Of a stretch of DNA of 64,000 nucleotides, positions 15,201-29,640 are shown in pieces (the first letter of the stretch is position 1; each line of letters opens with the position of its first letter). A program made the position numbers and the translations under genes. A model generated the notes under the pieces. That model searched no databases. It was not told where the DNA came from and saw only the letters and a list, made by a program, of their open reading frames with translations. The stretch spans positions 243,040,001 to 243,104,000 of the forward strand of contig OZ024743.1 in the NCBI GenBank assembly GCA_964016885.1. The letters are read 5' to 3'. Source of the stretch: Eledone cirrhosa. Its lineage: Eukaryota.

Positions 15201-18200
15201 AGGGTCTGTAACAACCTGTTCAACCCAGCCTAGGGTCTGTAATGACCTGTTCAACACATCCTAGGGTCTGTAATGACCTGTTCAACCAACCCTATGGTCT
15301 GTAATGACCTGTTCAACCTATCCTAGGGTCTTTAACGACCTGTTCAATCCACCCTAGGGTCTGTAATGACCTGTTCAACCCTTTCTAGGGTCTGTAACAA
15401 CCTGTTCAACCCACCCTAGGGTCTGTAATAACCTGTTCAACACATCCTATGGTTTGTAATTACCGGTTCAACCCATTCTAAGGTCTGTAATGAAGTGTTC
15501 AAACTATCCTAGGGTCTGTTATGACCTGGTCATCCCATCCTAGGGTCTGTAACAACCTGTTCAACCCACCATAGGATCTGTAATAACCTGTTCAACCCAT
15601 CCTAGGGTCTGTAACAACCTGTTCAACCCAGCCTAGGGTCTGTAATGACCTGTTCAACACATCCTAGGGTCTGTAATGACCTGTTAAACCGTTGCTAGTA
15701 TTTGTAACAACCTGTTCAACACACCCTCGAGTGTATAATGACCTGTTCAACCCATACTAAGGTCTGTAATGACCTGTTGAACCTATCCTAGGGTCTGTAA
15801 TTATCTGTTCAACCCATCCTAGGCACTGTAATGACATGTTCAACGCATCCTAGGGTCTGTAATGACCTGTTCAACCCACCCTAGGGTCTGTAATGACCTG
15901 TTCAACCCTTTCTAGGGTCTGTAACAACCTGATCAATCCCCCGTAGGATCTGTAATAACCTGTTCAGCCCTTCCTAGGGTCTGTAACAACCTGTTCAACC
16001 CAATTTAGGGTCTGTAATGACCTGTTCAACACATCCTAGGGTATGTATTGACTTGTACAACCCATCCTAGTGTCTGTAATGACCTGTTCAACCCACCATA
16101 GTGTCTGTAATCACTTGTTCATCGCATCCTAGGGTATGTATTGACCTGTTCAACCTATCCTAGGGTCTGTACCTACCTGTTCAACCCATCCTAGAGTCTG
16201 TAATGACCTATTCAACCCATCCTAGAATCTGTAATGACCTGTTCAACCTATCCTCGGGTCTGTACTGACCTGGTCAACCCATCATAGGGTCTGTAATGAC
16301 CCGTGCAACCTATCCTAGGGTCTGTAATGACCTGCGCAACCCATCCTAGGGTCTTTAATGACCTTTTCAACCCATCCTAGGGGTCTGTAACGATCTGTTA
16401 AACCCACCCTAGGGTCTGTAATGACCTGTTCCACCCATCCTAGGATCTGTAATGACCTGTTCGACCTATCCTAGGGTCTGTACCAACCTGTTCAACCTCT
16501 CCTATGGTCTGTAACGACCTGTTCAACCCACCCTAGGGTCTGTAATGACCTGTTCCACCCATCCTAGGATCTGTAATGACCTGTTCGACCTATCCTAGGG
16601 TCTGTACCAACCTGTTCAACCTCTCCTATGGTCTGTAACGACCTGTTCAACCCACCCTAGGGTCTGTAATGACCTGTTCAACCCATCCCTGGGTCTGTAA
16701 TGACCTGTTCAACCCATCGTAAGGTCTGTAATGACCTGTTCAACCCAACCTAGGGTCTGTAATGACCAGTTCAACCCCCCCTGGTGTCTGTAATGACCTG
16801 TTCAACACTTCCTAGGATCTGTAATAACCTGTTCAACGAATCCAAGGGTCTGTAACGACCTATTCAACCCACCCTAGGGTCTGTAACGACCTGTTCAACC
16901 CTTCTTAGGCTCTGTAACAACCTGTTCAACCCACCCTAGGGTCTGTAATGACGTGTTAAACCCACCCTAGGGTCTGTAACGATCTGTTCAACCCATCCAA
17001 TGGTCTGTAATGATCTGTTCAACCCATGCTTGGGTCTGTAATGACCTGTTCAACCTATCCTCGGGTCTGTACCGACCTGGTCAACCCATCCTAAGGTCTG
17101 TAACCACCTGTTCAACCCATCCTAGGGTCTGTAACCACCTGTTCAACCCATCCTAGGGTCTGTAACGACGTGTTCAATCCAACCTAGCGTCTGTTATGAC
17201 CTATTCAAGCCTTCCTAGTGTTTGTAACAACCTGTTCAACCAACCCTAGGGTCTGTAATAACCTTTTCAACCCATCTTTGGCTCTGTAACAAACTGTTCA
17301 ACCCACTCTAGGGTCTGTAATCACCTGTTCAACCCATCCTAGGGTCTGTAATGACCTGTTCAACCTATCCTAGCGTCTGTACCGACCTGTTCAACCCATG
17401 CTAGGTTCTGTAATAACCTGTTCAACCTATTCTCGGGTCTGTAATGACCTGTTCAACCCATCCTAGGGTCTGTAATGACCTGTTCAACCCATCCTAGTGT
17501 CAGTAGTGACCTGTTAAACCCATCCTAGTGTTTGTAACAACCTCTTCAACCGACCCTAGGGTCTTGAATGACCTGTTCACCCCATCCTAGAGTCTGTAAT
17601 GTCCTGTTCAACGCATCCTAGGGTCTGTAATCACCTGTTCAACCCATCCTAGGGTGTGTAATGACCTGTTCAACCTATACTAGGGTCTGTAACGATCTGT
17701 TCAAACCCACCCTAGGGTCTGTAATGACCCTTTCACCCCACCCTAGGGTATGTAATGACCTGTTCAGCCCATCCTAGGGTCTGTAACGATCCGTTCTACC
17801 CATCCTAGGGTCTGTAACGACCTGTTCAACCCACCATAAGATCTGTAATGACCTGTTCAACCCTTCCTAGTGTTTGTAACAACCTGTTCAACCCACCCTA
17901 GGTTCTGTAATGACCCGTTCAACCCACCCTAGGTTCTGAAATTTTCTCTTCAACCCATCCTATTGTCTGTAACGAGCTGTCAACCCATCGTAGGGTCTGT
18001 AACAACCTGTTCAACCCAACCTAGGGTCTGTAATAACTTGTTCTACCCATCCTAGAGTCTGTAACGACCTGTTCAAACCACCATAGGATCTGTAATAACC
18101 TGTTCAACCCATCCTAGGGTCTGTAATGACCTGTTCAACGCATCCTAGGGTCTGTAATGACCTGTTCAACCCATCCTAGGTCTGTAATGACCTGTTCAAC

Positions 18201-21200
18201 CTATCCTAGGGTCTGTACCGACCTGTTCAACCTATGCTAGGGCCTGTAATGAACAGTTCAACCCATCCTAGCGTCTGTTATGACCTGTCCAACCCTTCCT
18301 AGTGTTTGTAACAACCATTTCAACCTATCCTAGGGTCTGTAATGACCTGTTCCACCCACCCTAGGGTCTGTAATGACATGTTCAACCCACCCTAGGGTCT
18401 GTTATGATCTTTTCAACCCATCCTAGGGTCTGTAACGATCTGTTAAACCCACCCTAGAGTCTGTAACGACCTTGTCAACCCATCCTAGGGTCTGTAACGA
18501 CCTTGTCAACCCATCCTAGGGTCTGTAACGACCTGTTCCACCTATCCTAGGGTCTGTAATGACCTGTTAAACCCATCCTAGGATCTGTAATTACCTGTTC
18601 AACCTATCCTAGGGTCTGTAACCACCTGTTACACCCACCCTAGGGTCTGTAACGACGTGTTCAATCCAACCTAGCGTCTGTTATGACCTATTCAAGCCTT
18701 CCTAGTGTTTGTAACAACCTGTTCAACCAACCCTAAGGTCTGTAATGACCTGTTCAACCAACCCTAGGGTCTGTAATGACCTGTTCAACACATCCTATGG
18801 TCTGTAATGACCTGTTCAACCTATCCTAGGGTCTTTAACGACCTGTTCAAACCACCCTAGGGTCTGTAATGACCTGTTCAACCCTTTCTAGGGTCTGTAA
18901 CAACCTGTTCAACCCACCCTAGGGTCTGTAATAACCTGTTCAACACATCCTATGGTTTGTAATGAAGTGTTCAAACTATCCTAGGGTCTGTTATGACCTG
19001 GTCATCCCATCCTAGGGTCTGTTATGACCTGGTCATCCCATCCTAGGGTCTGTCACAACCTGTTTTAACCCACCATAGGATCTGTAATAACCTGTTCAAC
19101 CCATCCTAGGGTCTGTAACGACCTGTTCAACCCTCCCTAGGGTCTGTAACAACCTGTTCAACCCAGCCTAGGGTCTGCAATGACCTGTTAAACCGTTGCT
19201 AGTATTTGTAACAACCTGTTCAACACACCCTCGAGTGTGTAATGACCTGTTCAACCCATACTAAGGTCTGTAATGACCTGTTGAAACTATCCTAGGGTCT
19301 GTACCTACCTGTTCAACCCATCCTAGAGTCTGTAATGACCTGCTCAACCCATCCTAGGGTCTGTAACAACCTGTTCAACCCACCCTAGGGTCTGTAATGA
19401 CCAGTTCAACCCTTCCTAGGGTCTGTAATGACGTGTTAAACTCACCCTAGGGTCTGTAATGATCTGTTCAACCCACCCTAGGGTCTGTAATGACCTGTTA
19501 AACCCACCCTAGGGCCTGTAATGACCTGTTCAACCCATACAATGGTGTGTAATGACCTGTTCAACATATCCTAAGGTCTGTAATGACCTGCTCAGCCCAT
19601 CCTAGAATCTGTAATGACCTTATCAACCTATCCTCGGGTCTGTACCGACCTGGTCAACCCATCCTAGGGTCTGTAACCACCTGTTCAACCCATCCTAGGG
19701 TCTGTAACCACCTGTTCAACCCATCCTAGGGTCTGTAACGACGTGTTCAATCCAACCTAGCGTCTGTTATGACCTATTCAAGCCTTCCTAGTTTTTGTAA
19801 CAACCTGTTCAACCAACCCTAGGGTGTGTAATGACCTTTTCAACCCATCTTTGGCTCTGTAACAAACTGTTCAACCCACTCTAGGGTCTGTAATCACCTG
19901 TTCAACGAATCCTAGGGTCTGTAATGTCCTTTTCAACCCATCCTTGGGTCTGTAATGACCTGTTCAACCATTTCTAGGGTCTGTAACAACCTGTTCAACC
20001 CACCGTAGGATCTGTAATAACCTGTTCAACCCATCCTAGGGTGTGTAACGCCCTATTCAACCCACCTTAGGGTCTGTAATGACCTGTTCAGCCCTTCCTA
20101 GGGTCTGTAACAACCTGTCCAACCCATCCTAGGGTCTGTAATGATCTGTTCCACCCATCCTAGGATCTGTACCAACCTGTTCAACCTCTCCTATGGTCTG
20201 TAATGACCTGTTAAACCTATGCTCGGGTCTGTACCGACCTGGTCAACTCATCCTAGGGTTTGTAATGACCTGTTCAACCCACTCTAGGGTCTGTAATGAC
20301 CTGTTCAACCCATCCTAGGGTCAGTACCGACTTTGTCAACCCATTCTAGGGTCTGTAATGACCTGTTCCACCCATTCTAGGGACTGTAATGACCTGTTCA
20401 ACCCATCCTAAGGTCTGTAAAGACCTGTTCGACCCATCCTATGGTCTGTACCGACCTTGTCAACCCATTCTAGGGACTGTAATGACCTGTTCAACCCATC
20501 CTTGAATCTGTAATGACGTGTTCAACCTATCCTAGGGTCTGTACCGACCTGTTCAACCCACCCTAGGGTATGTAATGACCTCTTCAACTTATCCTAGGGT
20601 CTGTAATTACCTGTTCAACCCATACTAGGGTCTGTAATGACCCGTTCAACCCACCCTAGAGTCTGTAATGACGTGTTCAACCCATCCTAGTGTCTTTAAG
20701 GACCAGTTCAACCCAACCTAGGGTCTAGAATGACCTGTTCAACCCACCCTAGGGTCTATAATCACCTGTTCATCACATCCTAGTGTCTGTAATAACCTGT
20801 TCAACCCTTCCTAGGGTCTGTAATGACCTGTTCAACCCATCCTAGAGTCTGTAACAATCTGTTCAACCCTCCTAGGGTATGTAATGACCTGTTAAACCCA
20901 CACTAGGGTCTGTAATAACCTGATCAACCAATCCTAGGGTCTGTTACGACCTGTTCAACCCTTACTAGGGTCTGTTACAACCTGTTCAAACCACACTAGG
21001 GTCTGTAATGACCTGTTCAACCCACCCTAGGGTCTGTAATGACCTGTTCAACACACCCTGGGGTCTGTAATGAACTGATCAACCCACCCTAGGGCCTGTA
21101 ATAACCTGTTCAACGCATCCAGTGGTCTGTAATGACCAGTTCAACCCATCCTAAGGTTTGTAATGACCTGTTCCACCCATCCTAATGTCTGTAATGACCT

Positions 21201-24200
21201 CTTCAACCTATCCTAGGGCCTGTAATGATCTCTTCAACCCAACCTAGGGTCTGTAATGACCTGTTCTACCCATCCTAGGGTCTGTAACGACCTGTTAAAC
21301 CGATCCTGGGTCTGTAACAACTTGTTCAACCCACCCAAGGCTCTGTAATGAACTGTTCAACCCATTCTAGGGTCTGTAATGACCTGTTCAACCCACCCTA
21401 GGCTCTGTTACCATCTGTTCAACCCTTCCTGGTGTCTGTAACTACTTCTTCAACCCATCCTAGGGTCTGTAACAACCTGTTCAACCCACCCTAGGGTCTG
21501 TAATGACCTTTTCAACCCATCGTAGGGTCTGTAATGACATGTTCAACCTACACTAAGGTCTGTAATCACTTGTTCATCACATCCTAGGGTCTGTAATAAC
21601 CTGTTCAACCCATCCTAGGGTCTGTAATCACCTGCTCAACCCATCCTAGGGTCTGTAATGACCTGTTCAACCCATCCTAAGGTCTGTAATGCCCTGTTCA
21701 ATCTACCCTAGGGTGTTTAATGACTTGTTCAACCCATCCTAGGGTCTGTAATGACCTTTTCAACCCATCCTAGGGTCTGTAACGTTCTGTTCAACCCACC
21801 CTAGCGTCTGTAATGAGCTGTTAAACCCAACCTGGGGTCTGTAATGAGCTGTTCAACCCATCGTAAGGTCTGTAATGACCAGTTCAACCCACCCTAGGAT
21901 CTGTAATGACCTATTCCGCCCACCCTAGGGTCTGTAATGAAATGTTCAACCTACCCTAGGGTCTGTAATGACCTGTTCAACCCACTCTAGGGTCTGCAAT
22001 GACCTGTTCAACGCATCCAGGGGTCTCTAGTGACCTGTTCAACCCATCCTAAGGTCTGTAATGACCTGTTCAACCCAGCCTAGGGTCTGTATTGACCTGT
22101 TCAACCCACTCTAGGGTCTGTAATGACCTGTTCAACGCATCCGGGGCTCTGTAATGACCTGTTCAACCTATCCTAGGGTCTGTAATGACCTGTTCAAGCC
22201 ATCCTAGGGTCTGTAATGACATGTTCAACGCATCCTAGGGTCTGTAATGATCTGTTCAACCCACACTAGGGTCTGTAATGACCTATTAAACCCACCCTAG
22301 GTTCTGTAATGACATGTTCAACGCATCCCAGGGTCTGTAATGATCTGTTCAACCCACACTAGGGTCTGTAATGACCTATTAAACCCACCCTAGTGTCTGT
22401 AATGACCTGTTCAACACATCCTAGGGTCTGTAATGACCTGTGCACCCCTTCCTAGAGTTTGTAACAACCTGTTCAACCCACCCTAGTGTGTGTAATGACC
22501 TGTTCAACCCACCCTAGGGTCTCCTACGACCTGTTCAACCTTTCCTTGGGTCTGTAATGAAATGTTCAACCCACCTTAGGGTCTGTAATCACTTGTTTAT
22601 AACATCCTAGGGTCTGTAATAACCTGTTCAACCCATCCTAGGGTGTGTAATGACCTGTTCAACCTATACTAGGGTCTGTAACAATCTGTTCAAACCCACC
22701 CTAGGGTCTGTAATGACCCTTTCAACCCACCCTAGGGTATGTAATGACCTGTTCAGCCCATCCGAGGGTCTGTAACGATCCGTTCTGCCCATCCTAGGGT
22801 CTGTAACGACCTGTTCAACCCACCATAAGATCTGTAATGACCTGTTCAGCCCTTCCTAGTGTTTGTAACAACCTGTTCAACCCAACCTAGGATCTGTAAT
22901 AACCTGTTCAACCCATCCTAGGGTCTGTAATGACCTGTTCAACCCACCCTAGGGTCTATAATGACCTGTTCAACGCATCCTAGGGTCTGTAATGACCTGT
23001 TCAACCTATGCTAGGGCCTGTAATGAACTGTTCAACCCACACTAGGGTCTGTAATGACCTGGTCAACCCATCCCAGGGTCTGTAATGACCTGTTCAACCC
23101 ATCCTAGGGTCTGTTATGACCTGTTCAACCCTTCCTAGTGTTTGTAACAACCATTTCAACCTATCCTAGGGTCTGTAATGACCTGTTCCACCCACCCTAG
23201 GGTCTGTAATGACATGTTCAACCCACCCTAGGGTCTGTAATGACCTTTTCAACCCATCCTAGGGTCTGTAACGATCTGTTAAACCCACCCTAGAGTCTGT
23301 AATGACCTGTTCAACCCATGCTTGGGTCTGTAATGACCTGTTCAACCCATCCTAGGGTCTGTAACGACCTGTTCCACCTATCCTAGGGTCTATAACCACC
23401 TGTTACACCTACCCTAGGGTCTGTAACGACGTGTTCAATCCAACCTAGCGTCTGTTATGACCTATTCAAGCCTTCCTAGTGTTTGTAACAACCTGTTCAA
23501 CCAACCCTATGGTCTGTAATGACCTGTTCAACTTATCCTAGGGTCTTTAACGACCTGTTCAACCTATCCTAGGGTCTGTAATGACCTGTTCAACCAACCC
23601 TATGGTCTGTAATGACCTGTTCAACCTATCCTAGGGTCTTTAACGACCTGTTCAATCCACCCTAGGGTCTGTAATGACCTGTTCAACCCTTTCTAGGGTC
23701 TGTAACAACCTGTTCAACCCACCCTAGGGTCTGTAATAACCTGTTCAACACATCCTATGGTTTGTAATTACCGGTTCAACCCATTCTAAGGTCTGTAATG
23801 AAGTGTTCAAACTATCCTAGGGTCTGTTATGACCTGGTCATCCCATCCTAGGGTCTGTAACAACCTGTTCAACCCACCATAGGATCTGTAATAACCTGTT
23901 CAACCCATCCTAGGGTCTGTAACAACCTGTTCAACCCAGCCTAGGGTCTGTAATGACCTGTTCAACACATCCTAGGGTCTGTAATGACCTGTTCAACCAA
24001 CCCTATGGTCTGTAATGACCTGTTCAACCTATCCTAGGGTCTTTAACGACCTGTTCAATCCACCCTAGGGTCTGTAATGACCTGTTCAACCCTTTCTAGG
24101 GTCTGTAACAACCTGTTCAACCCACCCTAGGGTCTGTAATAACCTGTTCAACACATCCTATGGTTTGTAATTACCGGTTCAACCCATTCTAAGGTCTGTA

Positions 24201-27200
24201 ATGAAGTGTTCAAACTATCCTAGGGTCTGTTATGACCTGGTCATCCCATCCTAGGGTCTGTAACAACCTGTTCAACCCACCATAGGATCTGTAATAACCT
24301 GTTCAACCCATCCTAGGGTCTGTAACAACCTGTTCAACCCAGCCTAGGGTCTGTAATGACCTGTTCAACACATCCTAGGGTCTGTAATGACCTGTTAAAC
24401 CGTTGCTAGTATTTGTAACAACCTGTTCAACACACCCTCGAGTGTATAATGACCTGTTCAACCCATACTAAGGTCTGTAATGACCTGTTGAACCTATCCT
24501 AGGGTCTGTAATTATCTGTTCAACCCATCCTAGGCACTGTAATGACATGTTCAACGCATCCTAGGGTCTGTAATGACCTGTTCAACCCACCCTAGGGTCT
24601 GTAATGACCTGTTCAACCCTTTCTAGGGTCTGTAACAACCTGATCAATCCCCCGTAGGATCTGTAATAACCTGTTCAGCCCTTCCTAGGGTCTGTAACAA
24701 CCTGTTCAACCCAATTTAGGGTCTGTAATGACCTGTTCAACACATCCTAGGGTATGTATTGACTTGTACAACCCATCCTAGTGTCTGTAATGACCTGTTC
24801 AACCCACCATAGTGTCTGTAATCACTTGTTCATCGCATCCTAGGGTATGTATTGACCTGTTCAACCTATCCTAGGGTCTGTACCTACCTGTTCAACCCAT
24901 CCTAGAGTCTGTAATGACCTATTCAACCCATCCTAGAATCTGTAATGACCTGTTCAACCTATCCTCGGGTCTGTACTGACCTGGTCAACCCATCATAGGG
25001 TCTGTAATGACCCGTGCAACCTATCCTAGGGTCTGTAATGACCTGCGCAACCCATCCTAGGGTCTTTAATGACCTTTTCAACCCATCCTAGGGGTCTGTA
25101 ACGATCTGTTAAACCCACCCTAGGGTCTGTAATGACCTGTTCCACCCATCCTAGGATCTGTAATGACCTGTTCGACCTATCCTAGGGTCTGTACCAACCT
25201 GTTCAACCTCTCCTATGGTCTGTAACGACCTGTTCAACCCACCCTAGGGTCTGTAATGACCTGTTCCACCCATCCTAGGATCTGTAATGACCTGTTCGAC
25301 CTATCCTAGGGTCTGTACCAACCTGTTCAACCTCTCCTATGGTCTGTAACGACCTGTTCAACCCACCCTAGGGTCTGTAATGACCTGTTCAACCCATCCC
25401 TGGGTCTGTAATGACCTGTTCAACCCATCGTAAGGTCTGTAATGACCTGTTCAACCCAACCTAGGGTCTGTAATGACCAGTTCAACCCCCCCTGGTGTCT
25501 GTAATGACCTGTTCAACACTTCCTAGGATCTGTAATAACCTGTTCAACGAATCCAAGGGTCTGTAACGACCTATTCAACCCACCCTAGGGTCTGTAACGA
25601 CCTGTTCAACCCTTCTTAGGCTCTGTAACAACCTGTTCAACCCACCCTAGGGTCTGTAATGACGTGTTAAACCCACCCTAGGGTCTGTAACGATCTGTTC
25701 AACCCATCCAATGGTCTGTAATGATCTGTTCAACCCATGCTTGGGTCTGTAATGACCTGTTCAACCTATCCTCGGGTCTGTACCGACCTGGTCAACCCAT
25801 CCTAAGGTCTGTAACCACCTGTTCAACCCATCCTAGGGTCTGTAACCACCTGTTCAACCCATCCTAGGGTCTGTAACGACGTGTTCAATCCAACCTAGCG
25901 TCTGTTATGACCTATTCAAGCCTTCCTAGTGTTTGTAACAACCTGTTCAACCAACCCTAGGGTCTGTAATAACCTTTTCAACCCATCTTTGGCTCTGTAA
26001 CAAACTGTTCAACCCACTCTAGGGTCTGTAATCACCTGTTCAACCCATCCTAGGGTCTGTAATGACCTGTTCAACCTATCCTAGCGTCTGTACCGACCTG
26101 TTCAACCCATGCTAGGTTCTGTAATAACCTGTTCAACCTATTCTCGGGTCTGTAATGACCTGTTCAACCCATCCTAGGGTCTGTAATGACCTGTTCAACC
26201 CATCCTAGTGTCAGTAGTGACCTGTTAAACCCATCCTAGTGTTTGTAACAACCTCTTCAACCGACCCTAGGGTCTTGAATGACCTGTTCACCCCATCCTA
26301 GAGTCTGTAATGTCCTGTTCAACGCATCCTAGGGTCTGTAATCACCTGTTCAACCCATCCTAGGGTGTGTAATGACCTGTTCAACCTATACTAGGGTCTG
26401 TAACGATCTGTTCAAACCCACCCTAGGGTCTGTAATGACCCTTTCACCCCACCCTAGGGTATGTAATGACCTGTTCAGCCCATCCTAGGGTCTGTAACGA
26501 TCCGTTCTACCCATCCTAGGGTCTGTAACGACCTGTTCAACCCACCATAAGATCTGTAATGACCTGTTCAACCCTTCCTAGTGTTTGTAACAACCTGTTC
26601 AACCCACCCTAGGTTCTGTAATGACCCGTTCAACCCACCCTAGGTTCTGAAATTTTCTCTTCAACCCATCCTATTGTCTGTAACGAGCTGTCAACCCATC
26701 GTAGGGTCTGTAACAACCTGTTCAACCCAACCTAGGGTCTGTAATAACTTGTTCTACCCATCCTAGAGTCTGTAACGACCTGTTCAAACCACCATAGGAT
26801 CTGTAATAACCTGTTCAACCCATCCTAGGGTCTGTAATGACCTGTTCAACGCATCCTAGGGTCTGTAATGACCTGTTCAACCCATCCTAGGTCTGTAATG
26901 ACCTGTTCAACCTATCCTAGGGTCTGTACCGACCTGTTCAACCTATGCTAGGGCCTGTAATGAACAGTTCAACCCATCCTAGCGTCTGTTATGACCTGTC
27001 CAACCCTTCCTAGTGTTTGTAACAACCATTTCAACCTATCCTAGGGTCTGTAATGACCTGTTCCACCCACCCTAGGGTCTGTAATGACATGTTCAACCCA
27101 CCCTAGGGTCTGTTATGATCTTTTCAACCCATCCTAGGGTCTGTAACGATCTGTTAAACCCACCCTAGAGTCTGTAACGACCTTGTCAACCCATCCTAGG

Positions 27201-29640
27201 GTCTGTAACGACCTGTTCCACCTATCCTAGGGTCTGTAATGACCTGTTAAACCCATCCTAGGATCTGTAATTACCTGTTCAACCTATCCTAGGGTCTGTA
27301 ACCACCTGTTACACCCACCCTAGGGTCTGTAATGACGTGTTCAATCCAACCTAGCGTCTGTTATGACCTATTCAAGCCTTCCTAGTGTTTGTAACAACCT
27401 GTTCAACCAACCCTAAGGTCTGTAATGACCTGTTCAACCAACCCTAGGGTCTGTAATGACCTGTTCAACACATCCTATGGTCTGTAATGACCTGTTCAAC
27501 CTATCCTAGGGTCTTTAACGACCTGTTCAAACCACCCTAGGGTCTGTAATGACCTGTTCAACCCTTTCTAGGGTCTGTAACAACCTGTTCAACCCACCCT
27601 AGGGTCTGTAATAACCTGTTCAACACATCCTATGGTTTGTAATGAAGTGTTCAAACTATCCTAGGGTCTGTTATGACCTGGTCATCCCATCCTAGGGTCT
27701 GTAACGACCTGTTCAACCCTCCCTAGGGTCTGTAACAACCTGTTCAACCCAGCCTAGGGTCTGCAATGACCTGTTAAACCGTTGCTAGTATTTGTAACAA
27801 CCTGTTCAACACACCCTCGAGTGTGTAATGACCTGTTCAACCCATACTAAGGTCTGTAATGACCTGTTGAAACTATCCTAGGGTCTGTACCTACCTGTTC
27901 AACCCATCCTAGAGTCTGTAATGACCTGCTCAACCCATCCTAGGGTCTGTAACAACCTGTTCAACCCACCCTAGGGTCTGTAATGACCAGTTCAACCCTT
28001 CCTAGGGTCTGTAATGACGTGTTAAACTCACCCTAGGGTCTGTAATGATCTGTTCAACCCACCCTAGGGTCTGTAATGACCTGTTAAACCCACCCTAGGT
28101 CTGTAACGACCTGTTCAACCCATCCTAGGGCCTGTAATGACCTGTTCAACCCATACAATGGTGTGTAATGACCTGTTCAACATATCCTAAGGTCTGTAAT
28201 GACCTGCTCAGCCCATCCTAGAATCTGTAATGACCTTATCAACCTATCCTCGGGTCTGTACCGACCTGGTCAACCCATCCTAGGGTCTGTAACCACCTGT
28301 TCAACCCATCCTAGGGTCTGTAACCACCTGTTCAACCCATCCTAGGGTCTGTAACGACGTGTTCAATCCAACCTAGCGTCTGTTATGACCTATTCAAGCC
28401 TTCCTAGTTTTTGTAACAACCTGTTCAACCAACCCTAGGGTGTGTAATGACCTTTTCAACCCATCTTTGGCTCTGTAACAAACTGTTCAACCCACTCTAG
28501 GGTCTGTAATCACCTGTTCAACGAATCCTAGGGTCTGTAATGTCCTTTTCAACCCATCCTTGGGTCTGTAATGACCTGTTCAACCATTTCTAGGGTCTGT
28601 AACAACCTGTTCAACCCACCGTAGGATCTGTAATAACCTGTTCAACCCATCCTAGGGTGTGTAACGCCCTATTCAACCCACCTTAGGGTCTGTAATGACC
28701 TGTTCAGCCCTTCCTAGGGTCTGTAACAACCTGTCCAACCCATCCTAGGGTCTGTAATGATCTGTTCCACCCATCCTAGGATCTGTACCAACCTGTTCAA
28801 CCTCTCCTATGGTCTGTAATGACCTGTTAAACCTATCCTCGGGTCTGTACCGACCTGGTCAACTCATCCTAGGGTTTGTAATGACCTGTTCAACCCACTC
28901 TAGGGTCTGTAATGACCTGTTCAACCCATCCTAGGGTCAGTACCGACTTTGTCAACCCATTCTAGGGTCTGTAATGACCTGTTCCACCCATTCTAGGGAC
29001 TGTAATGACCTGTTCAACCCATCCTAAGGTCTGTAAAGACCTGTTCGACCCATCCTATGGTCTGTACCGACCTTGTCAACCCATTCTAGGGACTGTAATG
29101 ACCTGTTCAACCCATCCTTGAATCTGTAATGACGTGTTCAACCTATCCTAGGGTCTGTACCGACCTGTTCAACCCACCCTAGGGTATGTAATGACCTCTT
29201 CAACTTATCCTAGGGTCTGTAATTACCTGTTCAACCCATACTAGGGTCTGTAATGACCCGTTCAACCCACCCTAGAGTCTGTAATGACGTGTTCAACCCA
29301 TCCTAGTGTCTTTAAGGACCAGTTCAACCCAACCTAGGGTCTAGAATGACCTGTTCAACCCACCCTAGGGTCTATAATCACCTGTTCATCACATCCTAGT
29401 GTCTGTAATAACCTGTTCAACCCTTCCTAGGGTCTGTAATGACCTGTTCAACCCATCCTAGAGTCTGTAACAATCTGTTCAACCCTCCTAGGGTATGTAA
29501 TGACCTGTTAAACCCACACTAGGGTCTGTAATAACCTGATCAACCAATCCTAGGGTCTGTTACGACCTGTTCAACCCTTACTAGGGTCTGTTACAACCTG
29601 TTCAAACCACACTAGGGTCTGTAATGACCTGTTCAACCCA
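12290..29640 (+). repeat. Higher-order tandem duplication, unit ~8.7 kb (~281 monomers), two near-identical copies (~12290-21000 and ~21001-29640)
   Basis: CACACCCTGGGGTCTGTAATGAACTGATC occurs at 12341 and 21052 (offset 8711). The shared variant order runs to the end, where the offset is 8616 after three whole-monomer-scale indels. Confidence 0.92.
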
